The notes beneath the pieces are model-generated. The model ran no database searches. It worked only from the letters and a program-made list of their open reading frames with translations, and was not told the DNA's origin. Both the position numbers and the translations under genes were made by a program. A stretch of 64,000 bases of DNA from Takakia lepidozioides (taxonomy: Eukaryota; Plantae; Bryophyta), in the NCBI GenBank assembly GCA_030704615.1, contig CM060733.1, forward strand, positions 48,918,001 to 48,982,000, given 5' to 3'. Below are positions 10,060 to 24,900 of this stretch, in pieces (position 1 is the stretch's first letter; each line of letters begins with the position of its first letter).

Positions 10060-13000
10060 AAGTGCCGGGTTGCATCCGACGGTCCACGTCCATCCAATGG
10101 CGGAGATGGGATGTGGACACGTCGTTTTTTTTATTAAAAAAATTAGGGTACATATTAACCACTACACTAGTGTCTATAACCACTACATCCTGATGACATG
10201 GCAGTCTTCTAGGGGCTCTTGGGACCTCAACTACCTTTCATGAAATAGACGTAAGTCTGGCATGGAAGCAACGCAGGGGAGGCCATCTCTCGGCTCAGGT
10301 GTTGCGATCGCATTGCAAGTACAGGGAAGGAGGGAACAATGCAATGAAGGAGGGAAGGAATCATCGCATGAAACAGTATTTGAGCAGGGAGATAGCTTCG
10401 ACTTACAGTGCAGTGCCCTTGGAGCTCCAATCCAACAACCAAGCTTTGTTTTCAGCTACCCTGATAGCACGATACCGTTCATATTCCACCATCCCATTGC
10501 ATTCTCCTGGGGTAAGTGACTCCTCTTCTCCTCCACTTTTGCTCTCTGCTGAACCAGGTGCTATTGCCAAATCGCCTCCAGTGCCATCGTCGTTCAAATG
10601 TTTTGGGCTGCGTTCACTCTTTGCCATAGAACCTGCACTCTCCTTCAGCAAAATTGAAAAGAGACTGAGCCTAACTAAACCCTACAAGTGCACATTCAGA
10701 TTGAGCGATGGAGGAGGCTGTAGATATAAACACATGACAACAAACGGGCTAACGCCTTTGTGCTAACTACAAATGCATATGATGGGCTGGGCTACTGCTC
10801 ACAACCTTCAAGACATCCTATCTTAAAGCACTATAGCTTGTACCTAGAAGTAGGGTCTGCTAGGTCACCACGTAGTGACTCAATCCACTCTGAATATTAC
10901 TAAGAAGGTGGTTTGTAGATGACAAGAGACAGCTTTTTCCATTTTCTGCACTGTCAGAGTCATACTCACTCATTTTGTAGTTCTAAAGTTGAAATATGAG
11001 GTGTGAAACAACCACTCAGAAAGTGGTACCTTACAACTCTATGAGTAGAGACGTATAGTAGATTGTTGAAATTCTTGCTTTTTAGGGACTTGGTATATTA
11101 ATCTTGATTCTCCCCTCATACCAGGAAAGGAATTCCTTAGCATCATGGAGCCTGACAGAGCAGCTGCCGTGCTGAGATTACAACAGTGCGACGATGCTCT
11201 TTTTCAGCGTGAGGTTGCGCGGTGTCGAGAGTATGGTCTCAACAAGTTAAGATGCCCTTGCAATCACTGTAAGGGTGGACGACCGGTCTCTATAGAGAGA
11301 GTGAGAAAACATCTAATGGCCAATCATAGATCCCCCTACGTTTAGATCCTGGAGAGGAGCAAGGAGGCATGCTTCTGACGATGAATGGGAAGACACGGCC
11401 GTGGTGGTTGGTGACGACGTAGCTTTAGCAAATCATCGGACACAGGGAGAATTGGACAGAAATGTTGAGGTACAGCGCATGATCCAAGAGACCTTTCAGA
11501 TCATAGACACACCTGAAACTGGAAATGGGGCAAAAGTGGAATTAGATGACCTAGATGTTCCCGGTGACACGAACATCCCTTCCTTAGCCCATGACCCGGT
11601 TGCGGGTGGGGACTCTCACACTGATGATCCCATCTCATTGGAAGAGGCATGTCTACCTTTGTATGAAGGCTGTAAATCCTCTAAGCTTGCATCCACCATG
11701 CTTATAATGAATCTATGCGCAACACATGGGGTTACAAATGGCTTTGCGGATGAAATGTTCTCTTTGCTGCAGAAAACCTTGTTGCCACAACCAAACGTAC
11801 TACCCACATCTTTCTACCATGCAAAGACCATGGTGAGCAAGCTTGGGCTTGCTTATGAGAAGATCGATGCTTGCCCAAAGGGATGTGTGTTGTTTAGGGG
11901 GGACTTGAAAACTTCAGAGAGTTGCCCCAAATGTCAAAGCGCCCGATTCAAAAATGTGGGGAGATCCAAGGTACATGTTAAGGTGCTTCGCCATTTTCCA
12001 TTGATACCACGCCTTTTGCGTATGTATAGATGTTCTTCTATTGCAGAATTAATGACATGGCACAGTCGAAATGCAAGCAACGATGGCCTTGTGCGCCATG
12101 CAGCTGATTCAAAGGCTTGGAAACACATTGATGCTACTTGGCCCGACTTTGCAGCAGAGCCTCGCAATGTAAGGCTTGGTTTTTCCTTCGATGGAGTCAA
12201 CCCGTTTGGTGATAAGAACAATTGCTGGTCAACATGGCCAGTGTTGATGCTGGTATACAACCTACCTCCCAGGCTCACTACAAAGAAGTTCTTTGTCATG
12301 CTTGTTCTCTTGATTCCAGGAAAGCAGTCAGTTACAAGTGAGCACATAGATGTGTACTTAGCACCACTGATGGAGGAGTTACTTGTTTTGTGGAGGGGGG
12401 TTCGGGCATATGACATATGCAAACCTGTTGGTGAGAGAACCTTCATACTACGCGCCATACTACTGTGGAGCATCCACGATTTTCCTGCTTATGGCCTATT
12501 TGCAGGATGTGTCACAAAAGGCTACAAAAGGTGTCCAGTATGCGGTCCTCATGTAGATGCAAGACACTCAAAAGTTATGGGCAAAACTGTCTACCAAGGT
12601 CACCGCAGGTTCCTCCCTCAGGCCCATCCATACCGCAGGAACCGCATACACTTCAATGGACAGGTGGAGATGCGTGCGAAGCCACATCCGTTCACACCGG
12701 TTGAACAAGAGGCCGCTGGTGTTGAGGCTGAAGGTTATGACCTTGACCCCCGTGCTTTTCCTGATGCTGAAGTTCATCCAGCCAAGGTTCATGGTATCAA
12801 AAGGTGCAGCTGCCTATGGGATTTACCATACTGGAAGGTACCCCCTGCACTTGTACTTGTTTGAGTTCAATATTCTTTGTAAATGACAAAGGTAGTGCCC
12901 CTGTAGTGGTTACTTCTTACTTTCCGAGTGGTAAAGTAGCAGTACTGCATGTAATTTGGACTTCACATTAATAACTCGTGGAATGGTAAAAGGTAGTATC

Positions 13001-15963
13001 CATGATGCTCAGGAAGTTGTTGACATCACTTGAGAGGCTAATAATGCACTAAATGAGTTGTTTGAACCATTGAGGAGGGACTGTCATGCATCACAGCCAC
13101 TTTAGACATGAAAGTATATAGTGCTCATAAAGGAATCTGATTTGTATAGGACTGCAATCTGTCGGAATGTTCCTGAAATGGTGTCACCAATTGCAGGATC
13201 TGTTGCAACGCTACTTATTGGATCCCATGCATTGCGAAAAGATTTTTTGTGAAAACTTGTTGAAGACGATTTTCGGACGGAAGGACACGGTGAAGGTGAG
13301 GAACGACATGGAGGTAATCGGCATCAGACGTCACTTGTGGCTTCGGCCTGATCCACAGAACCCTTCACGTATCATGAAACTAGCAGCACCGTATGTTCTC
13401 ACTCCCGCTGAAATCACGATATTTCTTGATACTTTAGGGGCTATCAAAACTCCTTCGGGATTTGCAGGTGCATTTCAGAAACACATACACCCGTCTAGGA
13501 AATATTTGACAAGTATGAAGTCCCATGATTATCACGTTTTAATGCAACAGATTTTACCTGTGTGTATTCGCCATTGCATGGCGGGGGGCCCACGTGGGGT
13601 CATTATACGTGTGAGTCGCATTTTCCGCCGGATTTGTGCCAAAGTATGGGACCCTAATGAAATAGATTCATTGCGTGAGGATGTTGCTATAACCTTGTGT
13701 CTGTTAGAGAAAGAGTTCCCCCCTTCTTTCTTTGATGTCATGACCCATTTGCTAGTTCATCTCGTAGATGAACTAGACACATGTGGTCCGGTGTCTTCAC
13801 GGTGGATGTATCCCATGGAGCGTTACATGAAAGATCTCAAGGGATACGTTAGGAATTACGCAAAGCCATAATGGAGTATGGCTGCAGGGTATGTTCTTGA
13901 TGAGCCATGGGTTTCATGAGTGAGTATATGTAATCATTTGATGCAACTCAACGGCGGATTTGGGATGCAAATGCGGAGGAAGGGGTTGAGAACGAGGTCT
14001 TGGAAAGTGTCGGCAAAAAGCGGGACATGAGTGGAGCTGAGAGAGATGCAGCACATTTGTATGTGCTGAACAATACCAATGTGATGGTTCTTTGGGTGCA
14101 ATGAGTTCTTCTTTTCATTGCACCTTATTCATATCAAGTTCAAATGCAATTGTGACTGTCACCAGTGTAATAGAACCACCCACAAAGTCACAAATGTCAG
14201 TGGTTCATCGTGATATAACCACTTCTGTAGTAACTGAATGTCTAAGTAAATGACTTTTTGGAAGAGCATGTTCATTTACAAGTCATTCTGCTCACTCATC
14301 CAGTGGTTTTCAAAGTATCATTCATGCTAGGTATTTTTTGCAAAGTAATGCAACACTTCATTGCTAACATGTGTCATTTTTGTTGTCATTTTGTGACAGA
14401 AAGTATGCAACAGAGAAGGCACAGTTCACTGCAGACAGAGAGGCATGTGCTCGTGAGTGGCGTGCCAATCGTCGACGTCACCGCCGCCTTCCGGTGCCAT
14501 ACCCTCCCCATTTGTTGGAGTTTTCACCCCTACCGGTATGGATACGCCGTGTAGTCCAGACCCATGTCTCTAAGCATGGTGTTGAGAATACGGATGTAAT
14601 TCATTTGTCTACTCCCCCCTCATTGAGATCAGCTTCATTTCGCGGCATGAAGGCGTATGGAAATCATTATCGAGTGGATGACACGGAAGTCGTCTTCTTG
14701 TCTCTTTTGATTCCGGAGTTGCATCCGTCTTCCAGCAACAGAGCAGAAATAGTGTGCGTGATAGAAATCCAGTCATGTCACCATTAGAGTACGTTGGGGT
14801 CATCAAAGAAATCTTCAAATTGGATTATGGACGAGTGCACCCCATTGTATTTCGTGGTGCCTGGGTGCGGGCCAACCTCGTTGGACAAAATGCTACAATG
14901 AAGCAGGATTCGTATGGTTTTCTACTTTCAAATTTTGGGAGGATGTTACCCGCCAATGATCAGCCATTCATCTTTCCATCTCAAGTTGAACATGTGTTTT
15001 TTTCGGATGAGTCCCCAAGTTCGGAGTGGAAGGTAGTCATTCGGAAGGATCCAAGAGCAAAAAGGATTGTGGCGGACATAGATCAATGTGACATTGGAGA
15101 AAATGCAGATTTCGATGGCCTTCAGACACCGTCCACCTTATCAGATCAGTCAATACCTAGGTCATTAGATGGTGCCACGGCTCTAAATAAAGAAGACCTG
15201 GCTATGTTGGCTACCATTCAAGCGGCGTTTGTGCAACCAACCGCTATTCCAGTTGAGCAAAGTGATTCATAGGGTGACGAATATGTTTTATTGTTGGAAC
15301 CATTTGTTCAATAGCATCATGCCACAATGGTCTGGCCACTCGTCTATTTTTCAAAGTCTGTCACAGCTGCACAAACCACTTAAAATTTTTCATGTATCAC
15401 CCAAAAAGTGGTACCAATCACTTGTTTGTAGGCAACCACTAGAATAGTGGTTCCAATTACTACAGTATCTTTCACCACCCACTCTCCACCACTATCAAAG
15501 TGGTACAAATCAACGAGGTGTCTTTAACCACTCAAGATCAACGTGCAGCACTGTCCCCGTCCACGTGGAATATTATATTTATGAATGAATACATATTTCC
15601 AAATCATAAATCACAAATAAAATTTGAATTATTACACGTGGAGGAGCAAGTGGTTTCAATCACTTCCCATCACTGAGGTGTCTATAACCACTCACAATGT
15701 ACCACTGCACTCGTCCACGTGGAATATTATATTTATTAATTAAAATATATGACCAAATAAATAATAATAATAATAATAATAAATAATAATTTATTACACG
15801 TGGACTATTGAGTGGTTGAAACCACTTCCAACCACTGTCTGTGATGCCACCGTGGCATTTCATTGGGATTAACCACTGGCTAGTGGTTACTAGTGGTTTA
15901 TAGAGTGGAAAAAGACAGTAGTGGTTAAAGGGCCAGTGGTTATTCCACGTTTTTCTTCTAGTG
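10060..15963 (+). mobile_element. CACTA (En/Spm) DNA transposon; right end intact, left terminus missing
   Basis: TNP2-type transposase, many ACCACT/AGTGGT subterminal repeats at 10150-10190 and 15370-15950, and a right TIR ...TTTTCTTCTAGTG (reverse complement CACTAGAAGAAAA) ending at 15963. Confidence 0.9.
11145..15272 (+). pseudogene. CACTA TNP2-like transposase (transposase-associated domain, Transposase_21, DUF4218, DUF4216)
   Basis: Motifs CPCNHCK..VRKHL, IDACPKGCVLF, RHFPLIPRL, FDGVNPFG, HDFPAYG, LDPMHCEK, MKSHDYHVLMQ and SRWMYPMER. Intron 12838-13196; a second intron ~14101-14399 has an AT donor. Stops or frameshifts at ~11345, 13869, ~13905, 13931 and ~14690. Confidence 0.92.
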
Positions 15964-16497
15964 TGGTAGCTTAGTAGGACTTAGTGGGGGTGGCATAGGA
16001 CTCACCATGGGGCGGAGACCTTGTGGTGGGAGTCGTGGGGAGTCTTGGGACTCATCACGGTCCAATGGGGCCGTGGTGGGTGGGCCAAGACTTACCGCGA
16101 CTCATCACCGGGAGTCGAGGGTCTTCGTGGTGGTTCGCCATAAAATGGCAGGGTTGTTTGTGAAACCCCTGCGGATAGTCACAGAAGTATATATAGGGAG
16201 TAGTAACCTCGAGAACGGTGCAAGCCCGTTGGTGACCAAAAACTAGTGAGTGAGCGAGCGAGCCGGGAAGCGACCAAGGAGTGGGGAGCTATTCCGGACT
16301 GCCATCTACCAAAGGGAATTTCCACCAGGCCCAAATTGGTGGAGGGTCTTTTGGAGGAGCCAAGGGGGACCGTTATGTCCCGGTGAGCAGCCGAAGCTCC
16401 GAATTGGCCCGACGGCCAATTTGGGAGTTAGGCGCGCGCATCAAAGCGAGTAACTATGACTTGAAGGGGAGCTTACCGAAGTGAGGTGCGCGACACT

Positions 16498-16509
16498 TGG
16501 TATCGGAGC
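16498..16509 (+). promoter_or_regulatory. Primer-binding site, tRNA-iMet type
   Basis: TGGTATCGGAGC lies 2 nt after the LTR end; it has one mismatch to TGGTATCAGAGC. Confidence 0.85.
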
Positions 16510-16550
16510 TTAGAGTTCAGTACACGATCGTCCTTGAGATCGGCCTCATC

Positions 16551-19500
16551 ATGGGGTCGGGCAAGCCAAAGCGAAAGCGGAACGGCCCGAAAGATGATGA
16601 TCCTGGTGAGCCCGATGGGAGCGACGTGTCACCAAAGCGGCAATTTGAGGAGGCGATTCATGCTTTTGAAAGCGAGGCCGCTCAGGAACGGGATGAATCT
16701 GGGGAGTAGGAGCCCGAGGACTTCCCGGAGGCTCCGCCAGACCAACAGATGCCTCCCATGCCAGCAGCCTTTTGGGAAGGGTTGTTGGCGCAGTTTGGCA
16801 GGACGTTGAAAGACGTGTTGAAGGTGGCTAATGCCACTTTAAGGCAAAGTTTAAGGTGAAGCCTAAGAAACCCGACACCTTCGAGGGCGTCCGAAATCGG
16901 AAGGCACTCAACACCTGGCTCTTGGAGCTAGAGCAGTACTTCCGGGCGGCCAAGTTGAGTGACGAGGATCAGGTGGAAGTGGCTCCCACCTATTTGAGGG
17001 GCTATGCTCAACAATGGTGGTTTGCCCGGGACAAGATGAGGAATTGAAGCAAATGGATGACATTCGGGGATATGTTCACGCTTTCAATGTGTTGTTGCTC
17101 GAAGTTACGGATATGGCGGAACCAGAAATGGTCTTCAACTTTGTGGCGGGATTGGCCCCATGGGCCAGGCGGAAGTTGGAGGAGAAGCCACCTAAGACTT
17201 TGAACGAGGCAATTGAAAGGGCTGAATGTTTCTCGGATGTCCCTACGGGTGAAAGACAAGGCCATACGGAGCTGAACCACAATAAGACCCGGCGGGAGGG
17301 TGACTCCTTCCGACCGAAAAAGAAGTGGGATAGGCCACGTGACGACAATGGCACATGGAAATCAAAGAGAGGGCCTTCACACGTCAAGGCGGCACCCGGT
17401 GCTCCAAAAGAAAAATTAGGTGCGACGGCTTATGGCGGACAGAAGGCGACCTTCGATGGAGTGTGCTTTAATTGCGGGGAGCGCGGGCACATGGCTAAGA
17501 AATGCACGAAGCCCCGTCAATTAAACATGACTCGGGCAACCACGGAGTTGTCCGAAGATTCCATCAGCCGCTTGGTGGAAGCGGTGGTCGCCAAGACTTG
17601 CAAGGTGGGAAACTACTCTTGTGAGTTGTACCAGGAGACCGGCCCCTTGCGTAAAGGGAGTTAGTTAATATTCGTGAGTGGGATAATTTTCGGAACTAAC
17701 GTGTCGTTGTTGGTGGACACAGGAGCGTCGCACTCCTTCATGACACCGGCAACGACACGAAGCTGGGGCTCCCGACAAGTGATGTGGGGGCCTCCATTGA
17801 AGTGCGTTTGGCCAAAGGAGAACCACAATTGGCGACAAGGTTGGCGTTCGATGTTCCTCTTCAACTCAGGAGTTGGGAGGGACGTGAAAACTCCACCATT
17901 TGCGAGATCGATGGAGTGGATCTCATTTTGGGGATGATCTTTTTGAGCAAATCCGGAGCGGTCATAGATGGCCGCAAGAGAGTAGTCACGCTACCGTGTG
18001 GGAATGGTGGTGAGGTCTTACGAGTGTCGGAAACGCCCAACCCAATGGGAGGGTGAATAAACCTGCTGTCAGCAAAGGAGTGGGCCGTGGAGGAGCCACA
18101 CAAACTCCAGTTTTTGCTTTACGTAAGACAAGTGGAAGGAGAAGTCGATAGGGAGCCGAGCTCTGATTGGATCAAGGGGATCTTGGAGAAATACCAGGTG
18201 GTGATGCCGGAGGATTTACCAAGCGGCTTGCCACCGCGAAGAGGAGTTGACCACAAGATTGAGGTGATACCGGGATCGGAGCTGCCTGCGAAGGCACCCT
18301 ACCGGTTGAGCCACAGACAGTTGGTCGAGCTAAAGGTTCAGCTCAAGGATCTAATGTCAAAGGGGTACATCCGGCCGAGTAAGTCACCCTACGGAGCCCC
18401 GGTGCTATTCGCAGACAAGAAGGATGGAACGCTGCGGATGTGTGTCAATTACAGGGCTCTGAATAAGGTGACTATCAAAAACCGGTACCCTTTGCCAAGG
18501 ATTGATGACCTCTTCGATTGGTTGGCAGGAACGAAGTATTTTAGCCAGATCGATTTGCGCTCCGGCTACCATCAAATCCGAGTGGCGGAAGGAGACAAGG
18601 AGAAGACCGCATGCAAGACAAGATATGGTTCATATGAGTTCTTGGTGATGCCTTTGGAGCTCACCAACGCACCCGCGACCTTTAGCACGCTAATGAACAG
18701 CCTTTTCCAGGAGTGGTTGGATGACTTTGTGATCGTGTACATCGACGACATCTTGGTGTACTCGAAAACAAAGGAAGAGCACCTGGAGCACCTCAAAAGG
18801 GTGTTCCAGAGATTGCGGGAAGAGAAGCTGTATGCCAAAGCTTCAAAGTGCGAATTTGGGGTCACAAAAGTGGAGTTCGTGGGGCATGTGATTACACAGG
18901 ATGGGATCAAAATGAATGACAGAAAGGTGAGGGCGATCTTGGAGTGGGAGCCTCCAACTTCGGTCCCGGGAGTGTGATCCTTCCTAGGACTCGCCTCCTA
19001 TTACCGAAAGTATGTGAGAAATTTTGCCAAGATCGCGGGGCCACTATCAGACCTTCTGTGTAAGTCCAAGGTATGGGTATGGAACACCTTTTGTGGCCAA
19101 GCTTTTGCCGAGTTGAAGCAGCGGATGGCGGAAGCTCCAGTCTTGAAAATCCTGGAGTTCGACCGTCCATTTGAGATTCATATAGATCCGTCGGACTTCG
19201 CAATTAGGGGTGTACTCATGCAAGATGGACGTCCAGTGGCTTACGAAAGTAAAAAACTGAACGAAGTGGGGCGAAGGTGGCCTATGCACGAGAAAGAAAT
19301 GAAGGCGGTGGTGCATTGCCTTGAGCTTTGGCGCCACTATGTTGGTTCCAACCCAGTGAAGATGTTCACGGACAATGTCACGGTGAAGTATTTTGCCACG
19401 CAGCCTAAGTTGTCCCCAAAACAACTTAGGTGGCAAGACACTTTGGCGGTATTCGACGTGGATATCCAGTACAAACTGGGACGGGACAATGTGGTGGCCG

Positions 19501-20576
19501 ATGCTTTAAGTAGAAAGCAGCAGCTCATGTTGATGTACAGGGGCGAGACGGCGCTCCAAAGGAAGATCCGGAAGGCTAACCGGAAGGATGAGATGGCAAG
19601 GTCCGTGATGCGGGACTTGAGGATGGGGGTTAAATCACAGTTCCACTTATACAATGGACTGCTCCGGTACAAGCAAAAGCGTCTCTACGTGCTGAAGGGA
19701 GAGATCAGAGATAGTCTCTTGAGAGAGTGCCATGATGGCCTGCTTGCGGGCCACGGCGGAGCCAAGCACACCGCGGCATTGAAGAAAGAGTATTTCTGGC
19801 CCAAACTGAGGGAGGAGGCCGAGGAGTATGTCAAGACATGCACCATATGCCAACAAAACCGGAGCGAGTACAAAAAGCAAGCGGGGCTATTACAACCCTT
19901 ACCGATTCTAGAGGGGTCTTGGGAAAGTGTCTCGATGGATTTCATGACTACTATGCCGCTATCAAAAGGATTCGATGCAATCATGGTGGTGGTGGATAGG
20001 TTCAGTAAAATGGGCCATTTCATCCCCACCAAGGAGACGGCAATGGCGCAGGAGACGGGGCGACTTTACTTCGCCCACGTCTTCAAGCATCGTGGACTCC
20101 CGAAGGACATTGTCTCGGACCACGATCCAAAGTTTACAAGTAAATTTTGGAGGGCACTTTGGAAGAAGATGGGGACGAGACTCAAGATGAGTACGGCCTT
20201 CCGACCTACGACAGACGGCCAAACGGAAAGAGTGAATTCCGTGGTGAAACAGATCTTGCGGAATTATGTATCGGCAGACCAATCAGACTGGGTGAGTACT
20301 TGGATGCGGCAGAGTTATGTTATAATAACACAAAACACTCCGCAACGGGAGTTTCCCCTTTTGTATTGGTCTATGGAAAAGCACCTCTGGTGCCGACAAA
20401 TTGGTCCGCCCAAGACGTTGAGGAACCGGCAGCAGCAGCAGTGCTGGAAGAACGCGAGCGTTTGTTGAAGCTCGCAAAGTACAACATTGCCAAAGTTAGG
20501 AAACAGTATGAACGACAGACGAATCGGAAGTGGATGGAAGTTAAGGTTGAGGCAGGCACGGAGGTTTGGTTGAACA
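16551..20576 (+). pseudogene. gag-pol polyprotein, frameshifted
   Basis: Gag KPDTFEG..WLLELEQYF, zinc knuckle CFNCGERGHMAKKC, protease [28 protein letters not shown], RNase H EKEMKAVV/NVVADALSR, integrase HHCC and SMDF..VVDRFSK..TDGQTER. Gag appears internally deleted near 17035. Confidence 0.93.
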
Positions 20577-20990
20577 CACTACAACAGATGAGCGTTTTTA
20601 TGACTGCAAATATGACTATTTTTTCAATCTTATATGCGTTCATGACTACATGATTCTGAAGTGAAAAAAACTGCGTGATAGCGACTAGTCTTTAGGACTA
20701 CGTTTTGCAAGTCATAGCCGTAACTGCGTGCGTGGCACCTGTAGTCATGTAGAGGAGAGTGATGTAGTCACAACTCTATGATTTACATATGACTAATTAT
20801 ATGACTACATTGTCTGCTGAGCGTTGCCTGCATGGAGAGGCTTCAGTGGAACACGTGCACCACTGCGCAAGCGACATGTCACGCATTCGTGAGGGGATCA
20901 TATGACTATATGTTTGCAGAGCGATGTCTACATGGAGAGGCGCCGGATGGACACGTGCGCCACTGCGGATTTGACACGTCATTTTTTTTA
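20577..20990 (+). mobile_element. Left end of a second CACTA family
   Basis: CACTACAACAGATGAG starts exactly where the gypsy integrase breaks off. It is followed by many ATGACTA/TAGTCA subterminal repeats in both orientations. Confidence 0.85.
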
Positions 20991-21293
20991 AAAATATTTT
21001 TGAATAATATTTTTAATTTTAATAAATCAAATTACAAAATTACAAAATTTAGATTATTAATTGATTTAATTCTTCATTATGTTTTTGGGAAAATAGAATG
21101 GAAGGCCAACGGGGCTTGTACAAGTCCTGTAAATCATATTACAAAATTCCAAATTGGACAAGCATCCCCACGGATGCCTCAAAGTCTAATGAGGAGCAAA
21201 AATTAAGCAAACCGACACAAGGGCATAAGGTTTTTAGTACTACTACAGTTTTGGTATTACTAGAACGAAGGACTCTATTTACAACTATCGAGT

Positions 21294-21420
21294 GCAATAC
21301 TCCTTACAACTGCATTTGGCCAACAACTCCAAAACGAACTTGGTGGCAGTGTGGTAGTCACCACACACCCGAAGATTCTTCACGAGATGGAGAGACGTCC
21401 CTGCAGCTCATCAGCCCAAA
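21294..21420 (-). pseudogene. Degenerate DYW deaminase domain remnant
   Basis: Minus strand reads TSLHLVKNLRVCGDYHTATKFV...KCSCKEYC, versus the DYW consensus KNLRVCGDCH.ATKF...CSC.DYW. One Zn-ligand Cys is changed to Tyr and there is an internal deletion. Confidence 0.75.
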
Positions 21421-21909
21421 ACCTCGATTGTCCCACCATTGACTGGGGTCATAAAAGTTCCACAGCTTCTCCTTGTCTCTGTTACCTGTTTTTGGATACT
21501 TTCTTATTGTCACGTTGGCAATTTCATGTCAAAGTCACTCCAAACTATCAAAGGTTCACTCAACCAGCTAACTTGCAGAATTCATAATGAAAATTGAGGG
21601 CCGATTTTGATAAGAGGGAAAAACAGAAATCGGCCCTCTTGGATGATTCTGGACCCACACTCTATCCCTGCTCCTTCAGCTATCCATGCCTCTACACAAA
21701 TCATGCATACATCCTCGCCTTGCTGCTAGCAACTGACAATGACAGCCTAGAATTGTTCCAACAAACACCCCAACCCTACTTATCACACTAGTTCCTATGC
21801 TCAATTGCATCTGCTACTCTCTATAATCCAACAGGCATTCACCTTCTTGCATCGATTGTCCCACCATTGACTGGGTTAGAAAAGTATTCATTCCACAACT
21901 TCTCCTCGT

Positions 21910-24900
21910 CATTTGCCCCTAGGTCTCCAAAGCCTCCATCCCGCGCCCTTGCTGTGCATACCCTGCAATCATCACACTCCATGACACCACATGTCGTTCA
22001 GCCATACTGTCGAACACTCCCTTTGCATCCTCAATGCACCCACATTTGGCATACATGTCCACCAAGGCAGTGTTCAGAATGACATCAGGTGCAATTCCAG
22101 ATTTGATGATGTCACCATGGATCTCTTTGCCCTTTTCCAGGGCTGCCAGGCTTGCACAAGCATTGCAATCACACACAAACGTGATCTGGTTACACTTCAC
22201 CCCTGCCCCCATCATAGGTCTCCAAGGCCATCCCGCGCCCCTTCTGTGCATCTCCTGCAAGCATGGCATTATATGACACCATATCTTGTTTAGCCATACT
22301 GTCAAACACTCCCTTTGCATCCTCGATGCACCCATATTTTGCATACATATCCACCAGGGTATTGTTCAGAATGACATCGGGTACAATCCAGCTCTGAAAA
22401 TGTCACCATGGACCTCTTTGCCCTTTTCCAGGGCTGTCAGGCTTGCAAAATCATTGCAAATGCACACAACGTGATGTGGTCAGTGGGCTTCACCCCTTCC
22501 CCCATCATTTGATCATAGGTATCCAAAGCCTCCATACCATGTCCCTGTTGTGCATATCCTGCAAGCATCGCGTGGGTCTCCAAAGCATTCCTACCACATT
22601 CATGCTTGGTAAATCCTGCCAACATTATATTCCACGAGGCATTCTGTGAAACACTTGGTGAGCATCCATGATGCTCCTGCACTTAAGGTGTTGAGTAGAA
22701 AACCATTTGGCGTGAATCCACTTTGGATATTGTGAGTGTGACCTGCTTTCCAGCTTCCAGACCTTCCATCTTGATGCACTTAAGCAAGAGACAGACATAC
22801 GTAGGTCCTAAATCTGCTGAAATGCCTCATTGGTCTAAAGTCTATAGAGCCTCTGTCAGTCTGCCTGCCGCAAAGCATCTTCACATGCCCAAAAGTGCAG
22901 CCAGAAGTGGCATTGTGGACTCCCTCTCTTGTTCCTCTTTCAGAAGCTGTGGTCATGGTTGAGGTGCCTGGTTATATCAACTGTGCCGCTGCAGCTGCAA
23001 CCTTTAGTTGACCATCTATCCATGCAGGTTTCTTGTAGCTATTGATCCACAGGGAATCACATTTGGTACAATTCCAGCTTTGGCGATGCAACCATGCACC
23101 TCTTTGCCATTTTCCAGGGTTGCCAGGCTTGCACACGCACTACAAACGCACACAAACCTGATGTGGTCGGGCTTCACCCTTCCCACATCATTTGCTCATA
23201 GGTCTCCAAAGCCTCCATCCCGTGCCCCTGCTGTGCATACCTTGCAAGCATCGCGTTCCACGACACCACATCTCGTTCAGCCAGAGTGTGGAATACTCCC
23301 TTCGCATCCTGAATGCACCCACATTTGGCAAACCTGTCAGTTTAGGATGACATCTGGTACAATTCCAGCTTTGACGATGTCAGCATGGACCTCTTTCCCC
23401 TTTTCCAGGGCTCCCAAGCTTGCACACGCATTGCAAACACGTGATGTGGTTGGGCTTCACCGGCCCTTCACGCAGCATTTGCTCATAGGTCTCCAAAGCA
23501 TTCCTACCACACCCGTGTTAAATCCTGCCAACATTATATTCAACGTGATCAAAGTTCGTTGAGGCATTCCGTTGAACACTCGGTGTGCATTCATGATGCT
23601 CCTGCACTTAACATACATGTTCACAAGGGTGTTGAGGAGAAAAACACTTGGCGTGAATCCAATTTGGATAATGTGAGTGTGCACCTGCTTTCTAGCTTCC
23701 AGACCTTCATTTTGATGCACTTAAGCAAGAGACAGACATACATATCTGAATCTGTTGAAATGCTCCTTGGTTTAAAGGTTGTAGAGCCTCTTTCTGTCTG
23801 CCTGCCTCACAAAGCATCTTCACATGCCCAGAAGAGCCAGAAAAGGCATTATGGACTCCCTCTCTTGATCCTCTTTTATTCGCTGTGGTCATGGTTGAGG
23901 TGCCTGATTTAAATCAGGGCTGCCAGGCCTGCAATGCACACAAACATGATGTGGCCGAGTTGAACCCCTTCCCCCATCATTTGCTCATAGGTCTCCAAAG
24001 CCTCCATCCCACGTCCCTGCTGTGCATACCCTGCAAGCATCGCACTCCACGACACCACATCTCGTTCAGCCATAGTGTTGAACACTCCCTTTGCATCCTT
24101 GATGCACCCACATTTTGCATACATGTCCACTAGGGTATTGTTGAAAATGACATTTGGTACAATTCCAGCTCTGAAGGTGTCACCATGGACCTCCTTCCCC
24201 TTTTCCAGAACTGCCAGGCAGTGTTTAGAATGACATTAGGTACAATTCCATTTTTGATGATATCCCCATGCACCTCTTTGCCCTTCTCCAGGGCTGCCAG
24301 GCCTGCAATGCACACAACCATGATGTGGCTGGGCTGAACCCCTTCCCCCATCATTTGCTCATAGGTCTCCAAAGCCTCTATCCCACGTCCCTGCTATGCA
24401 TACCCTGCAAGCATCGCACTCCACGACACCACATCTCGTTCAGCCATAGTGTTGAACACTCCCTTTGCTCCTCGATGCACCCACATTTTGCATACATGTC
24501 CACTAGGGTATTGTTCAGAATGACATTTTGTACCATTCCAGCTCTGAAGATGTCACCATGGACCTCCTTACTCTTTTCCAGAGCTGCCAAGGCAGTGTTT
24601 AGAATGACATTAGGTACAATTCCAGCTTTGATGATATCCCCATGCACCTCTTTGCCCTTCTCAAGGGCTGCCAGGCTTGCACAAGCATTGCAATGCACAC
24701 AAACATGATGTGAGAGGGCAAAACAGGCTGAAATAGGTCAAAGAAGAAGGTGCCCTCACCACATTGTCCTTGAGCTTGTGTCATGACTTGACCGACCATC
24801 AACCCAAAAGGACCTTTTGTGTGTGCTGCTTGTGTCTGTAGTCAGGTAATGTCGGATTGGTCTGTGAGATCGAACCACCATGGTGCAGCTGGGTAGGCAA

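Larger units (their letters stand above)
15964..20576 (+). mobile_element. Chromovirus-type Ty3/gypsy LTR retrotransposon, cut on the left by one CACTA and on the right by another
   Basis: Partial 5' LTR 15964-16495 ending CGCGACA, then PBS and gag-PR-RT-RH-INT order. The sequence stops at EVWLN, before the GPF/chromodomain region. Confidence 0.93.

Noticed and set aside
9270-10766. Long plus-strand ORFs (307 aa, 155 aa)
   Set aside because: These are antisense shadows of the LINE or low-complexity subterminal sequence with no recognisable domain.
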